Positions 23,459 to 35,100 of a stretch of 64,000 nt of DNA are shown piece after piece. The notes under the pieces are model-generated. The model had not been told where the DNA came from. It did no database searches and saw only the letters and a list, made by a program, of their open reading frames with translations. A program made the translations under genes and the position numbers. The DNA is from Azolla caroliniana (Eukaryota; Plantae; Polypodiophyta). Location of the stretch: NCBI GenBank assembly GCA_043228905.1, contig JBHGNT010000017.1, forward strand, positions 15,438,001 through 15,502,000, written 5' to 3'. How positions within the stretch are numbered: position 1 is the stretch's first letter; each line of letters begins with the position of its first letter.

Positions 23459-25467
23459 TGTCGTGATGTGGCGTGCTCGAGGGTGGGAAAAACCGGCGAA
23501 AGGGGGGTCAAAAATGTGCATGTGCAATGTGTATGCACACAAAAGCGATTAATTATGCATATGCAAAATAAAAAGGAAAAGAAAGGGTGAAAAGGAGGTA
23601 TAGAAGCTCGTGCAAAAAGTAAGAGGGAGGAGAGATAAAAGGTAGAGGGGAGACATGCTATACATTTATAGAGATAGAATTATATATTGTATAAGAGAGA
23701 GTTAGTGGGCTAGTGGATAGTCACATTGACTACTAGCTAGAGGTGCACGGTTTGAATCTAGTCTTACAGTGCAACGTGATTTAAGGAATTTTATTCCTTT
23801 TTCATTGAAGACAAATTTGGCGACCCCCCCCTTCTTTTCTTCCTATAAAAGGAGGTCGAGGGGGCTTATTTGGGAGGATGTTTTGGGAGGAGGAGACTAT
23901 CACCAATTTTCCTTCGAAGCTCTTCATCTCCTTATTCACCACTTCTCTTCATCTCATACCCCTTCATCCCCCCATCGCCACATGCTCGTCTTATTCGCGT
24001 CGGCACTTGAAGTGCTCGTGAGCCCAAGCTTCGTTGGTTCGACGTTGCTCCGCCCCGTTCGTTGTTGCGAGCCTGTGTGCTCGCCGCTCGGGTGGTCGTG
24101 GTTCGTTGGGATTGGCATTTTGGTGGTGCTCGTGTGTTCATCTTCGTCGTGTTCGATTTTGCCTTGTCTCTAAGGGCATTTAATATTTATGTTTTGATTG
24201 AGCTTGTGGTTAACTATAAGTTGCCATTGTAAACAAAACCCTATTTTATAAAGGGTTCTCTTGCGTTAGAATCGAACACGTATTTATCTTTTTGGTCAAT
24301 ATCATTCGTGTTTCTTTCTCTCTTTCTTTCTTTATTCGTGTCTTTCTTGTACGTTCGGCCGTCTTGTGACGAGGGGACCGTTCAGGCTTGCCCATGCACC
24401 TCTCCTCCTCATAAAGGCGTACGAGCATTTGTATGTGTGTTTGTTTCTTCCTTGTACGTTCGGCCGTCTTGTGACGAGGGGACCATTTGGGCTTGCCCAT
24501 GCACCTCTCCTCCTCATAAAGGCGTACGAGCATTTTGTGTGTGTGTTTGTGTCTTCCTTGTACGTTCGACCGTCTTGTGACGAGGGAGCGTTCGGGCGCG
24601 CCCATGCACCTCTCCTCCTCATAAAGGCGTACGAGCATTTGTGTGTGTGTTTGTGTCTTCCTTGTACGTTTGGTACGAGCATTTGTGCGTGTGTTTATGT
24701 CTTCCTTGTACGTTCGGCCGTCTTGTGACAAGGGGACCGTTCGGGCTTGCCCATGCACCTCTCCTCCTCATAAAGGCGTACGAGCATTTGTGTGTGTGTT
24801 TGTGTCTTCCTCATACGTTCAGCTGTCTTGTGATGAGGGGACCGTTCGGGCTTGCCCATGCACCTCTCCTCCTCATAAGGCGTACGAGCATTTTGTGCAT
24901 GTGTTTTGTGTCTTCCTCGTACGTTCGACGTCTTGTGACGAGGGAGCGTTCGAGCGCGCCCATGCACCTCTCCTCCTCATAAAGATGTACGAACATTCGT
25001 GTTTGTGTTATTGTCCCCTTGTGCGTTCATGTTGCATGCTCATCTTGCTTGTACCCGTTTGGTCACTTGGCTCGTACGGTGATATCGGAAGGTCGACGAA
25101 TCGTGATCAACGAGAGCCACCGGCCTCACAAAACAAGACCTTGCTCGGGAAGGGGTCGGGAAGTAGTATTGTCGTAAAGCAAACCTCGAGTCTTCTCTAT
25201 CCCTTGAGTACTCCCTAGTCCAAGACCCCTGTGGTCCCGCCCAAGTAACACATCTGCGTGAAACTTCGCGACATAAATTGGTTGTCGTGATCAACGAGAG
25301 CCACTGGCCTCACAAAACAAAGGGCAACAAGACCTTGCTCGGGAAGGGGTCGGGAAGTAGTATTGTCGTAAAGCAAACCTCGGGTCTTCTCTATCCCTTG
25401 AGTACTCCCTAGTCCGAGACCCCCGTGGTCCCGCCCAAGCAACACACGTGCGCGAAACTTCGTGACA
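23459..25467 (+). mobile_element. Nested LTR-derived insertion (~1.8-kb LTR + PBS stub + deleted second LTR), 4-bp TSD ACGC
   Basis: Ends TGTCGTGA...CGTGACA. ACGC occurs at 23455-23458 and 25468-25471. Removing the insertion restores copia RT. Contains an internal TATA-like CCTATAAAAGG near 23842. Confidence 0.85.
24349..25010 (+). repeat. ~105-bp tandem array (about 6 copies) inside the nested LTR
   Basis: Units start at 24349, 24454, 24560, 24664 (truncated), 24708, ~24813 and ~24918. Confidence 0.92.
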
Positions 25468-28077
25468 ACGCTTTGGTGCCGGAGTTTGCATCTAGTTTGA
25501 GATTACGATCGAGCGGGGTTGCCACGGATTTGCACTCAGCCATCCCGAACTTGTATAACAAGTTGAGGATGTAGTGCCGTTGAGAGATGATGATTCTGGC
25601 CGGAGTCCGAATTACCTCGATGCCGAGGAAGTAGTGGAGCTCCTTCATGTCCGTCATCTTGAACTTGTCGAAAAGGAGGGATTTGACTTTATTGATTTCG
25701 ACGAGATTCTCACCTCCAATGACTAGGTCATCCACATATAAAATGATGACAATTGGACTTGCGGAATCGCTTCGTATGTAGAGGGAGTTGTTCGATTTTG
25801 ACATATGGAAGCCAATTTGATGAAGATATTGCGTTATCTTCGAATGCCAAGCACGCGGTGCTTGCTTGAGGCCGTACAGTGGCTTCTTGAGTTGGCAAAC
25901 AACTTTCGGATGGGTGCTCGAGTTGAAGCCGGGTGGTTGGATCATGTACACCTCTTCTAATTCGCCTTGTAGAAAGGCGTTCTTGATGTCCATTTGATGG
26001 AGGTGCCACCCTTTCGCCGCGGCAATCGCAATTACGGTCCACACCGTCGTCATCTTTGCCACCGGGGCAAAGGTCTCTTCGTAGTCGACGCCATGTGTCT
26101 GAGCATATCCTGTCGCTACGAGTCGAGCTTTGTAGCGGTTTACGGAGCCATCGGCGTTATACTTCACCTTGTAGATCCATCTGCATCCGATCGCCTTTTT
26201 GTGTGGTGAGGTGAGAACGAGATCCCACATCTCGTTCTTCCGTAGTGCCTGCATCTCCTCGTTCATTGCTTCGATCCATCGCGAGTTCCTCGTGGCTTCC
26301 GAGAAGGTTTCTAGCTCCCGTACTGTCGCTACCTTCATCATAAAGGCGTAATGGTACGCCATATAATCGTTGTAGCCGAATCGGCTTACGGGGTTCTTTT
26401 CACGAGTGGATCGGCGGAGCTTTTCATTTGCAGAGATGAGGGCTTTCTTGGCTTCGATTGGTACCTCGAAACCGCCGAACTCACTTTCGAGTGAGTGAGT
26501 CGATTCATCGTCGTCGAAGCGATCGTCTTCATATTCCGCCATTTTCACCTTGCCTTTGTCCATCTTCGGGCTAGGCCGTGATGTGCTTTGATTGCTCAAA
26601 GGCTCTTGTGGTCCGCTCAGTCGGGTCATGATCGGACTTTCTTCGATCATGCGCGTAGGGCGATCTTCATCCTCGATCTCTTGTTCGACAGATTCCGGGT
26701 CGAGTGGAGTCGGAGGCGAAGTTGTCTCTGGTGCGTACCAGGATGCGGACTCGTCAAAAACGACGTCTCGACTTACTCGAGATTTTCGAGTTGAGGGGTT
26801 GTAGCACTTGTACCCCTTTTGTTCGAGTGAGTATCCTACGAGGATACATTTCTCCGACTTCAGGTCAAGCTTTTGACGCTTCTCGTCGGGGATGTGCACG
26901 TACGCTATCGCGCCGAATATCCGGATGTGCGATAAGTCCGGCTTCTTTCCGAAGTATTTTTCGTGCGGAGTGACCTCGTGCACGCCGGATGTTGTGCACC
27001 GGTTCATTATGTAGACGGCCGTATTTGCAGCTTCAGCCCAATATGACTTGGGCATATGCTTCTCGTTCATCATGGCCCGCGCTACTTCGAGGATGTGCTG
27101 ATTTTTGCGCTCGGCTACTACGTTTTCTTGCGGAGTGTGTCGGCAAGTGAATTCTCGCCGAATTCCTTCCTTTCGGAGATACGCCGTGAAATCGTCCGAG
27201 AAGTACTCCTTGCCGCCATCTGATCGAACCAATCGTACATGTCGGCCCGTGGCTTTCTCAACTTCATTCTTGAAATTTTGGAAGTGTCCGAACACTTCGC
27301 TCTTTTGCCGCATCGGGTAGATCCAAGTGTACCTAGAGAAGTCGTCGATGAAGAGCACGTAATATCGGCATCCGCCGAATGTAGCCGTCTGCGCCACTCT
27401 TTCGGGAATGGGTGTCGGTGTTGCTTGCCGAATTGGCATGCTTCGCATACACCTTCAATCTCCTTCTCTTTGAATGTCGGGAGTTCGATGACGACTCCTT
27501 TCGATTTCATTGCTTTGAGTTTGTTGAGATTGATGTGGCCGATTCTCTTGTGCCATAGCTCTATGTCGGAGTCGGCTTTCGTGTTTTTCGCGAACATGGC
27601 GGATTTCATCTCGCATGAATCGAGAATGAACATCCGACCCTCTCTTCGTCCGCGTGCGATGAGTCGGCCCTCTTTTTCGATGAAGCAACCGCCTTGATTA
27701 AATCAAACTTGCATCCCTTGCTCTACAATTGGGCTGACAGAGACCAAATTCTTCGTAATGGTCGGTACATGCAAGACATTTTTAATGTAATTTTTCTTAC
27801 CTTCTTTTCCGAACGGAACATTGCCAATGTGCCGAATCGGGTGCGTAGTGTCGTCTCCGGTTTTGACATAGCCGGGTCGGTTCGGCTCTTGAAGTTCTCG
27901 GAACCATTCTTGATGCGATGTCATATGGTTCGAGGCACCGGAATCGACGAACCATACGTCTTCCGAACCGGAGGCACTAGTTGAGGTAGCGGCCTACATA
28001 GAGTTTGCTCTATGTTTCATCATGAACATTCCGCCACGATCTTCGTAGTCGGAGTTGTGTGCGTAATTCATGAGTTG

Positions 28078-28947
28078 TCAGCTTGTGGAAGCCGATTCAC
28101 ACATGTTCTTTTGGCACTCTTCTTCGTGGTGGCCGAGCTTTCCGCAATATCCGCATTCGGTTGCGTTTTGACGGCTCGGGCCGGAGTGGAAGCTCCCCCT
28201 TCTTGCGAAGGTTCCTCGTTGGCCTCCGTTTTGCGGCCGAAATTGGGAGTTGTTGTCGTAGGTCAGACCTCGTCCGCCTTGTCCTTGGCCGAATCGGCCT
28301 CTCGCTCGTCCGCGTCCTCTTCCTCCATTATAGTGCGTGTAGAGCATGTGGCCTTCCGACTCATTGCTCCTTGTACGCACATGGTTTTCCTTGACCAATA
28401 GCATTGATTGGAGCTCGAAGAAGGAGGGAGATTTCTCCCGTGCTAGAACGGCGGTTCGCATTGCGCCAAACCGTGGTGCGAGGCCGCCGAGGCATATTTG
28501 CACCATCTTATCATCATCTATACTTACGCTTATTGAGCCGAGCGAGTCGCAAAGCTCCTTGATCTTCAAGGTGTATGTCGTGATGGACATGTCCCTTTGT
28601 TGAATGTTGTTCAACTCTTGGCGGAGTTGAAGCTTCCTCGCGGTCGTGTTGGCGGCGAAAATCTTTCGTAGATTTTCCCACGCTTCCTTCAGCGTCTTGG
28701 CTTCTCGAATGTAACCGAGCATGTGGTCATGAACACATGTCGCCAAACAATACATCACGCGGCTTGCGGCTTGCTCCCATGTCGCGTATCCGAGAGCCGC
28801 TTCGGCGGGTCGGTCTTCATGCGCTCCTTTGATGTAGCTCCAATAGCCTTGTCCGACAAGGTATTGGTGCATCTTGTACTCCCAAGATGCGAAGTTGTTT
28901 CGATCCAACTTCTCAGTAGGGAGAGCGCTCCCCATTTGAATATTCAT
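28078..28947 (-). pseudogene. copia-1 gag
   Basis: Gag/UBN2-like sequence with zinc knuckle CGYCGKLGHHEEEC. Stops and frameshifts follow downstream. Confidence 0.9.
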
Positions 28948-29534
28948 TATGTCGATTCTTCTTCTTCTTCTTCTTCTCTCTTCGAATGCGAACTATGTAG
29001 CGAAGCTACGATAGCTATGAGCCGGTTCTTGGTCGTCGCCATAGAGCACCACGCACGATCACGATGAGGCGAATGGGCTAGATCGAGCTACCAAATCGCT
29101 CTGATACCATGTAAAGAATCAAGAGATGGATTCTTGTGAAGCGGAAGAGATATGAGTTATGTTTGTGTATGAGAGAGAGAGAGAGAGTGAGTGAAAGAGA
29201 GACAAGGAATAAGACACAGTGCATACGCAAGGTAAAAGTATATTAACAAAGGAGAAAGACTCAACATTATACAAGGTGGGAGGAGGGTGCTTTATGAGTC
29301 ACCCTCTCTCTTCATTAACTACAAGCCTCATGGAGCATGGGGAATGTGAAAGCTGATAAGTTATGTGGCATAGAATATGATTTTATGACTCATACTAAAT
29401 GCTAGAAGACAAAGTGGTGACATAATGGTGACTCTTGACCGTTGGAGTGTCTCTTCACTCTCAAGGTGAGTTCACGCACTAGATCAAGTTGAGCTTGATT
29501 CTCAACAATTGATATATATATTAATGGTATGTTC

Positions 29535-30196
29535 ATGTTTATGAGTTGATAAAACCCATAAGATCTATCAACTCATCCATGATCAATATAGGCATCCATG
29601 ATATGCTCATTGGCATAAACATCCATGGCATGTTCATATTTTTGCACTCTCCAAGAATCATGTTTTATTCTGATCACGTTTTCGATTTTTTTCCATCCTC
29701 TAACATACCAACACTTCCAAATATATTAGCCATGAGAACATATGCTGCCACACCATTATTATCTAGTTGTATGGCTTGATCAAAAGACAAATTCCCAAGC
29801 TTCACATTTCCCCATTTCCTACAAGCACCCAATAGTGAAATCCATATGGCTGAATACAAGCACCCAATAGTGAAATCCATATGTTTATGAGTTGATAAAA
29901 CCCATCAGATCTATCAACTCATTCATGATCAATATAGGCATCCATAGTATGCTCATTGACATAGACATCCATGGCATGTTCATATTCTTGCATTCTCCAA
30001 GAATCATGTTTTATTCTGATCATGTTTTCGAAAAAAAATTCATCCTTTAACTTACCAATTCTTCCAAATATATTCGCCATGAGAACATATGCCACCACAC
30101 CATTATTATCTAGTTGTATGGCTTGAGCAAAAGACAATCTCCCAACCTTCACTTTTCCCCATTTCCTACAAGCACCCAATAGTGAAATCCATATGG
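29535..30196 (-). pseudogene. Two tandem ~315-bp copies of a PLS-class PPR C-terminal (E-motif) fragment
   Basis: WISLLGACRKWGNVKLG...FDQAIQLD...AAYVLMANIF is a typical E-motif. Copies at 29535-29849 and 29881-30196. No upstream PPR array. Confidence 0.75.
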
Positions 30197-31089
30197 TGTA
30201 GGGCTATATTATTAGGTATAGCTTTGAGAAATAAAAATGAATCATTTGGCAATGCTTGAGCTATCAAATTTTTCTCTAAGCTAGAACAACTATATGCCCA
30301 CGTGCTGCCAACTCATGCATTTTAATTGAATTTGGGTGTGTAGCAATGGAAAATAATAATGGACTCAATGGGCACCCTTGTCTAAGCGACCTTGTCAATG
30401 GAATCACCTTAGTAACACCGCCATTTAACATAACATGTGACAATACACCTTACCCCAACATCAAAGAGAGTCTATACATCCTTTCACCAAAACCTATATA
30501 AGACATAAGTTGAATAACAAAAAAAAACTTGCATGATTATATGCCTTCTCGATATGTAGTTGTATCATTACAATTTGTTGTTTTGATTCCAATGGTATGC
30601 AATATGGTTTTATTAACACAATTACCAATAATTACTTGGGGGTTATGTATTCAAAGTTCCATTAATCTCTAGGCATACCACATTCTTTCTAGCATGGGAT
30701 GCATGCAACCCATGAAACTTTTATGCGATTGACAATTGCTATAATGTAATTCATGTTTCATGCCCATCACACTTGATTGTTGGTAACTATGAACCTCTAG
30801 ATCTTGTAAAGCTTGTGACAATGTCACTTGAATATCTGAGAACACATCATCAAATGGGATTGTGACCAACAATGCATTACATCTGTCTCGAAATTGTAGA
30901 TCAATCCCATTTTTTGTTGGTCACAATCCCATAATAATAATGTAGATCAATCCCATAATAACATTGTCACGTAAAATGTGCATGTGCATGCTACTCGAGC
31001 GGGACCACGAGGGACCTAAACCAAGGAGGACATGATGTCGTCTGGGAAGCCTTTACCTTTTGTTGATCTCCTTGTGTGATTCCCCTATC

Positions 31090-31430
31090 GTAGACTCTTT
31101 TGGGGATCTACATTGATGAATTAATAATTTTACTGCTCATAAGGGAGGCAACGAAGTGGTCCTAGAGGGTATGCAAGTCAATCTCTTGCTCTATGCAAAT
31201 GACATAGTTTTATTCTCTGAGTCTGAACATGACCTACAAATGCACCTTAATACCTTAGATGACTTTTGAAGACAAAGAAGATTGGTCGTGAATCTGGGGA
31301 AAACCAATGTCCTTATCTTCCACATTTGCTCAGGTTATGACTAAATGTCCCACCTAACACTCTCTCATCGACTCGTTGAGGTAGTTGGATCATATGTATA
31401 TCTTGGAGTCACTTACAATGTTGGCTCAGG
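31090..31430 (+). pseudogene. LINE reverse-transcriptase fragment
   Basis: Manual translation gives VNLLLYANDIVLFSESEHDLQMHLNTLDDF*...LVVNLGKT...YVYLGV, a YADD-like motif in non-LTR RT context. Confidence 0.75.
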
Positions 31431-31641
31431 TAAAGTACCAAGACATACTAGGACCCTCTCCCACCCTCTCCAAGACACTAGGTAGGTATAACTTAGAACT
31501 AAAACAACATAGTGAGAATAAGCTAAAAAATGTTAACCATAACCTTTCGAATATTCACCAACATGTTATCACTAATACATTTCAAGAATAGGGGGACGAT
31601 GAATGTGGATACACCTACACCACTAGATGTCATCGACACAA

Positions 31642-31710
31642 TGGAATGTAAGGGGTTGAACCCATGACCTCTTGGTCTTATTGGGCAACCTTACCAATTG
31701 AGCTACATCC
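31642..31710 (-). other. tRNA-like (Pol III A/B-box) cassette inside the chromovirus LTR; second copy at 37641-37709
   Basis: Minus strand reads GGATGTAGCTCAATTGGTAAGG...GAGGTCATGGGTTCAACCCCTTACATTCCA, with A box, B box and a 3' CCA. The anticodon arm is not convincing, so it is not called a tRNA gene. Confidence 0.55.
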
Positions 31711-32139
31711 ATCTATGCATTATTATATTGTATAAGTTTCAACTTATTACATTCTATGTTAATCACTAGAACTTTCAAGAAACTTCTAGATAATGCATCT
31801 TCATGCACGCTCTAGAAGTTTCCATGCACTCTCTCGATATTTCCTAGCTTGCATGCATACCACCACATTCTTGTATAAATACTTCGGTGCACCTTGATTA
31901 CAATAAAGGTGAACCACACCAATTACGGATGCATAATTATTTAGTTCTTGCTCTTTTGTCTACCTTCTCTCTCTCTCTCTTGTTCTCTTGTCTATGCTCT
32001 CTCTCTATCTATATATCTATCTTTCTCTCTCTCTTAATATTTAGCTCGCCTACTTATCCCTATCCTGGTGTACCCGTCCGTGATAGTTTGTTCACCTTCC
32101 CTTCTTGTTACCTTGTCCGACTCGGCCTTAAGCCAAGTA

Positions 32140-35100
32140 ATGGCAGCCTTGGAACAACTTCAATTAGAAAATGAAAGCCTTCTTCAATCATTACAGGAGC
32201 TTCAAAATAGCATAGCCAACAACCCTCCACCCGTTAGGCCTCACCTTCCGTTAGCACCTAACCCAACCCCTTCCTCTTCTCATTCATATGTCCTCGAAAC
32301 TAACGTCAGCCTACCTGACAAATTCAACGGCTCAAGGGCGCATCTTCGTGGCTTCATCAATCAAATTCAGCTTATCATCCCTTACAACCCCAACGTTATG
32401 CTCATGATTTCTCTCGGGTTGGCCTCGTTGGCACCCTTCTCTTGGGACCAACACAAGCGTGATTTGCACCATTGATCGAGACCTCATCCCCACTCTTAGA
32501 CAACTTTCCTGCCTTCCTTGCGGAGCTTGAAACCACATTCGGAGAGACAGATCGACGACGAACGACACTCACGAAACTCTATTCCTTACAGCAAGGCTCT
32601 CGTCTAGATTCCGTTTATGCTTCAGAGTTTCGTCAGATCACATGCGATGATAGCTGGGATAACCAACCTTTATGCGACTAATTTCATCAAGGCCTCAGAA
32701 AGGATGTCAAGACTCTTCTCTTAAACTTTTCGGAGCCCACATCATTGTCCCAGGTAATCTCCCAAGCCATTCAATGTGATAATCGTCTTTTCGAGCTTCG
32801 ACAAGAGGAATGGGGGACTCGAAGCTTTCCGTCTTCCTCCTGCAATGCTCCACTCACAAGGCCATATATATCAGTTTCACCAAGCACGTCACGGTTGCCA
32901 TCTTCCAATGATACTCATACCCCGATGGAGGTCGACCCTCGTACCCCAATTGAGATCGACCATGCTCGGTTCCAACCATTAACCGATGTCCAACAGCAAC
33001 ATCGACGTGACAATGGCCTCTGCCTCTATTGTGGTACCCCCGGCCATGTCATCCGCCATTGTCCGATGCGCGGCCCTCATCATCAATCCCACCGTGTAGG
33101 TCTTGCTAAGGTTTCTCGACAACAAGAAAACGATCGTGCACGTCTTGCGGAGGTTTCTGGACAACAGGAAAATGAGCAAGTCCGCCTGCAATAGGATCCA
33201 CGTCGCGGGACACTTCCCATCGCCCTACTTCTCTATGCTCCTACAATTCAGTCATGCCAGAAGGAGGTTTTACTTTGCAAGTAAGTCTTTGTTTTGGGTC
33301 TATTTCAATAAAATCCCATGCCTTGCTCAATTCTGGTGCATCTACTTATTTCATCGATATTGCATTCGTCCGAACACATAAAATCCCCAACGTCCACACA
33401 ACACAACCCATATCTGTTGAAGCTATTGACGGACAGGTTCTCTCTTCAGGGGCGGTTACTGAATCCATTGTCTCGTTGGTACTTCAAGTCGGGTTCCACC
33501 ATGAGGTATTAACATTCTATCTCATTGCAACCCCTCGACATCGATTGTTTTAGGGCTCTCCTGGTTGGAAGCACACAATCCGATGGTGGATTGGTGCAGC
33601 CACTCCATCACCTTTCCACAAACACCAACGCTGTCGTAGTGTATTTCGTACACTACGTGAAAAAGTAAAAAATAATATAACCGATTTAATTACATATAAA
33701 TAAATAAAATAATATATCAAGATATTTATCACGTGCATAGGGCAAGATTTGAACCCTGTACCTCCACGTAGCCAAACCTCAACTTTACCATTATGCTACC
33801 TTATCTTTAGTGTTCTATAAATAGATTTAATAACTATAATTGCTTTATTTGCGCCTACCTTTATTAAAAGGTAAATCATGTATTTTTAGAGTGCGTGAAT
33901 ATTTTATAGAAAAACGCAAGCGACTAAAAAGTGACTCATGCACATCTAGCGTGCATGAGCACTATATTTAGCAAATAAAAGCAAGGATTAGAAAAGCATC
34001 ACATGCACATTTAGTGTGCATGAACATATTAGAAAAAAAAGCATGTAGTTATGCTTAGTCTCTCCCATCACTACATAAGGATGGGGAGCACAATGTAATA
34101 GGTGTGTGAAAAATATTTGGGAAATTGGATATATTTCCTAAAATACCAACAATCAATAAAATATACTCGTGGGATTCACGAAGTTTAAGATAATCTATCT
34201 CTTTCAATCTAAATTCATATTCTTACATAAATATTGATTAATGTAATACTTGTGGGATTCACAAGGTTTGATCTCTTTTCTCAATCTACTCTAATCTATT
34301 CTAAATTATTTCAATTTATTACTACGATTTAGATAAACTAAAACAATTATACTTGTGGGATTCACAAGTTTCTATATCTCTTTCTTATAATCTATTCATA
34401 TTCATAACTAGATTAGCCTCAAATTCTTCCTCCTCCTAGTCCAAAACCCCGGTGGTTCCCACCCGACTCACGCAAACGATCCGGAGCCGAAAGGCACGAC
34501 AACGCGGGTCTCTTCCACAAACACCGTTACTTGTATGGTGGTTGCTTTCAGCTTGGGTGCACATTCTTCTGATCTCAACTCAATCTCCGACGTTGTTGAT
34601 TCTAGTGTGGTCGCTTCCGTGCCCGTTGTGTCACAGGACGTCTCTGTTCCTGTCACCAATTTGCCCGCAAGATATAGCGATTTTTTGGACGTGTTCGAAA
34701 AATGAAATGCAGACCGGTTACCGGCACATCGCCCCTATGATTGCCCAATCGAACTCCAAGATGGCGCACATCCACCATTTGGGCCCATCTATGGGCTATC
34801 TGAACCCGAACTTGAGGCTCTTCACACATATCTGGATGAAAACCTCGCCAAGGGCTTCATTCAACCCTCCAAATCACTGGCTGGGGCCCCAATCTTATTT
34901 TTCAAGAAGAAGGACGGCTCATTACGCCTATGTGTGGATTATCGGGGTCTCAACAAAATTACGGTACATAATCATTATCCCTTGCCTTTAATTCCAACAC
35001 TCTTTGACCGACTTCGAACCCGGCGTATCTTCTCCAAAATCGACATACGGGGAGGGGAGCCTACAATCTTGTGCGTATCAAGCCAGGAGACGAGTGGAAA

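Larger units (their letters stand above)
22739..27960 (-). pseudogene. copia-1 pol (protease, GAG-pre-integrase, integrase, RT, RNase H), disrupted and interrupted by a nested insertion
   Basis: LWHKRIGH, IDDFSRYTW, RSDGGKEY, HQMDIKNAFL, LYVDDL, YTDADWA and YCDN...RTKHIEVHYHF. The RT sequence SGTK|ACEP is split by the 23459-25467 insertion. Confidence 0.93.
22008..29507 (-). mobile_element. Full-length Ty1/copia LTR retrotransposon (copia-1)
   Basis: Near-identical LTRs at 22008-22400 and 29110-29507 (TG...CA). 5-bp TSD ATTGA. tRNA-iMet PBS (TGGTATCAGAG on the minus strand at ~29099-29109) and PPT next to 22401. Gene order gag-PR-IN-RT-RH. Confidence 0.97.

Noticed and set aside
24349-25010. 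Regular repeat array superficially like a CRISPR
   Set aside because: Whole ~105-bp units repeat with no unique spacers, there are no cas genes, and the array lies inside a eukaryotic LTR.
24246-25491. Cluster of 60-190 aa ORFs on both strands
   Set aside because: They are by-products of the tandem array and LTR sequence, with no protein motifs.
31642-31710. Functional tRNA gene
   Set aside because: No convincing D-stem or anticodon arm, and it is embedded in LTRs. Kept only as a tRNA-like cassette.
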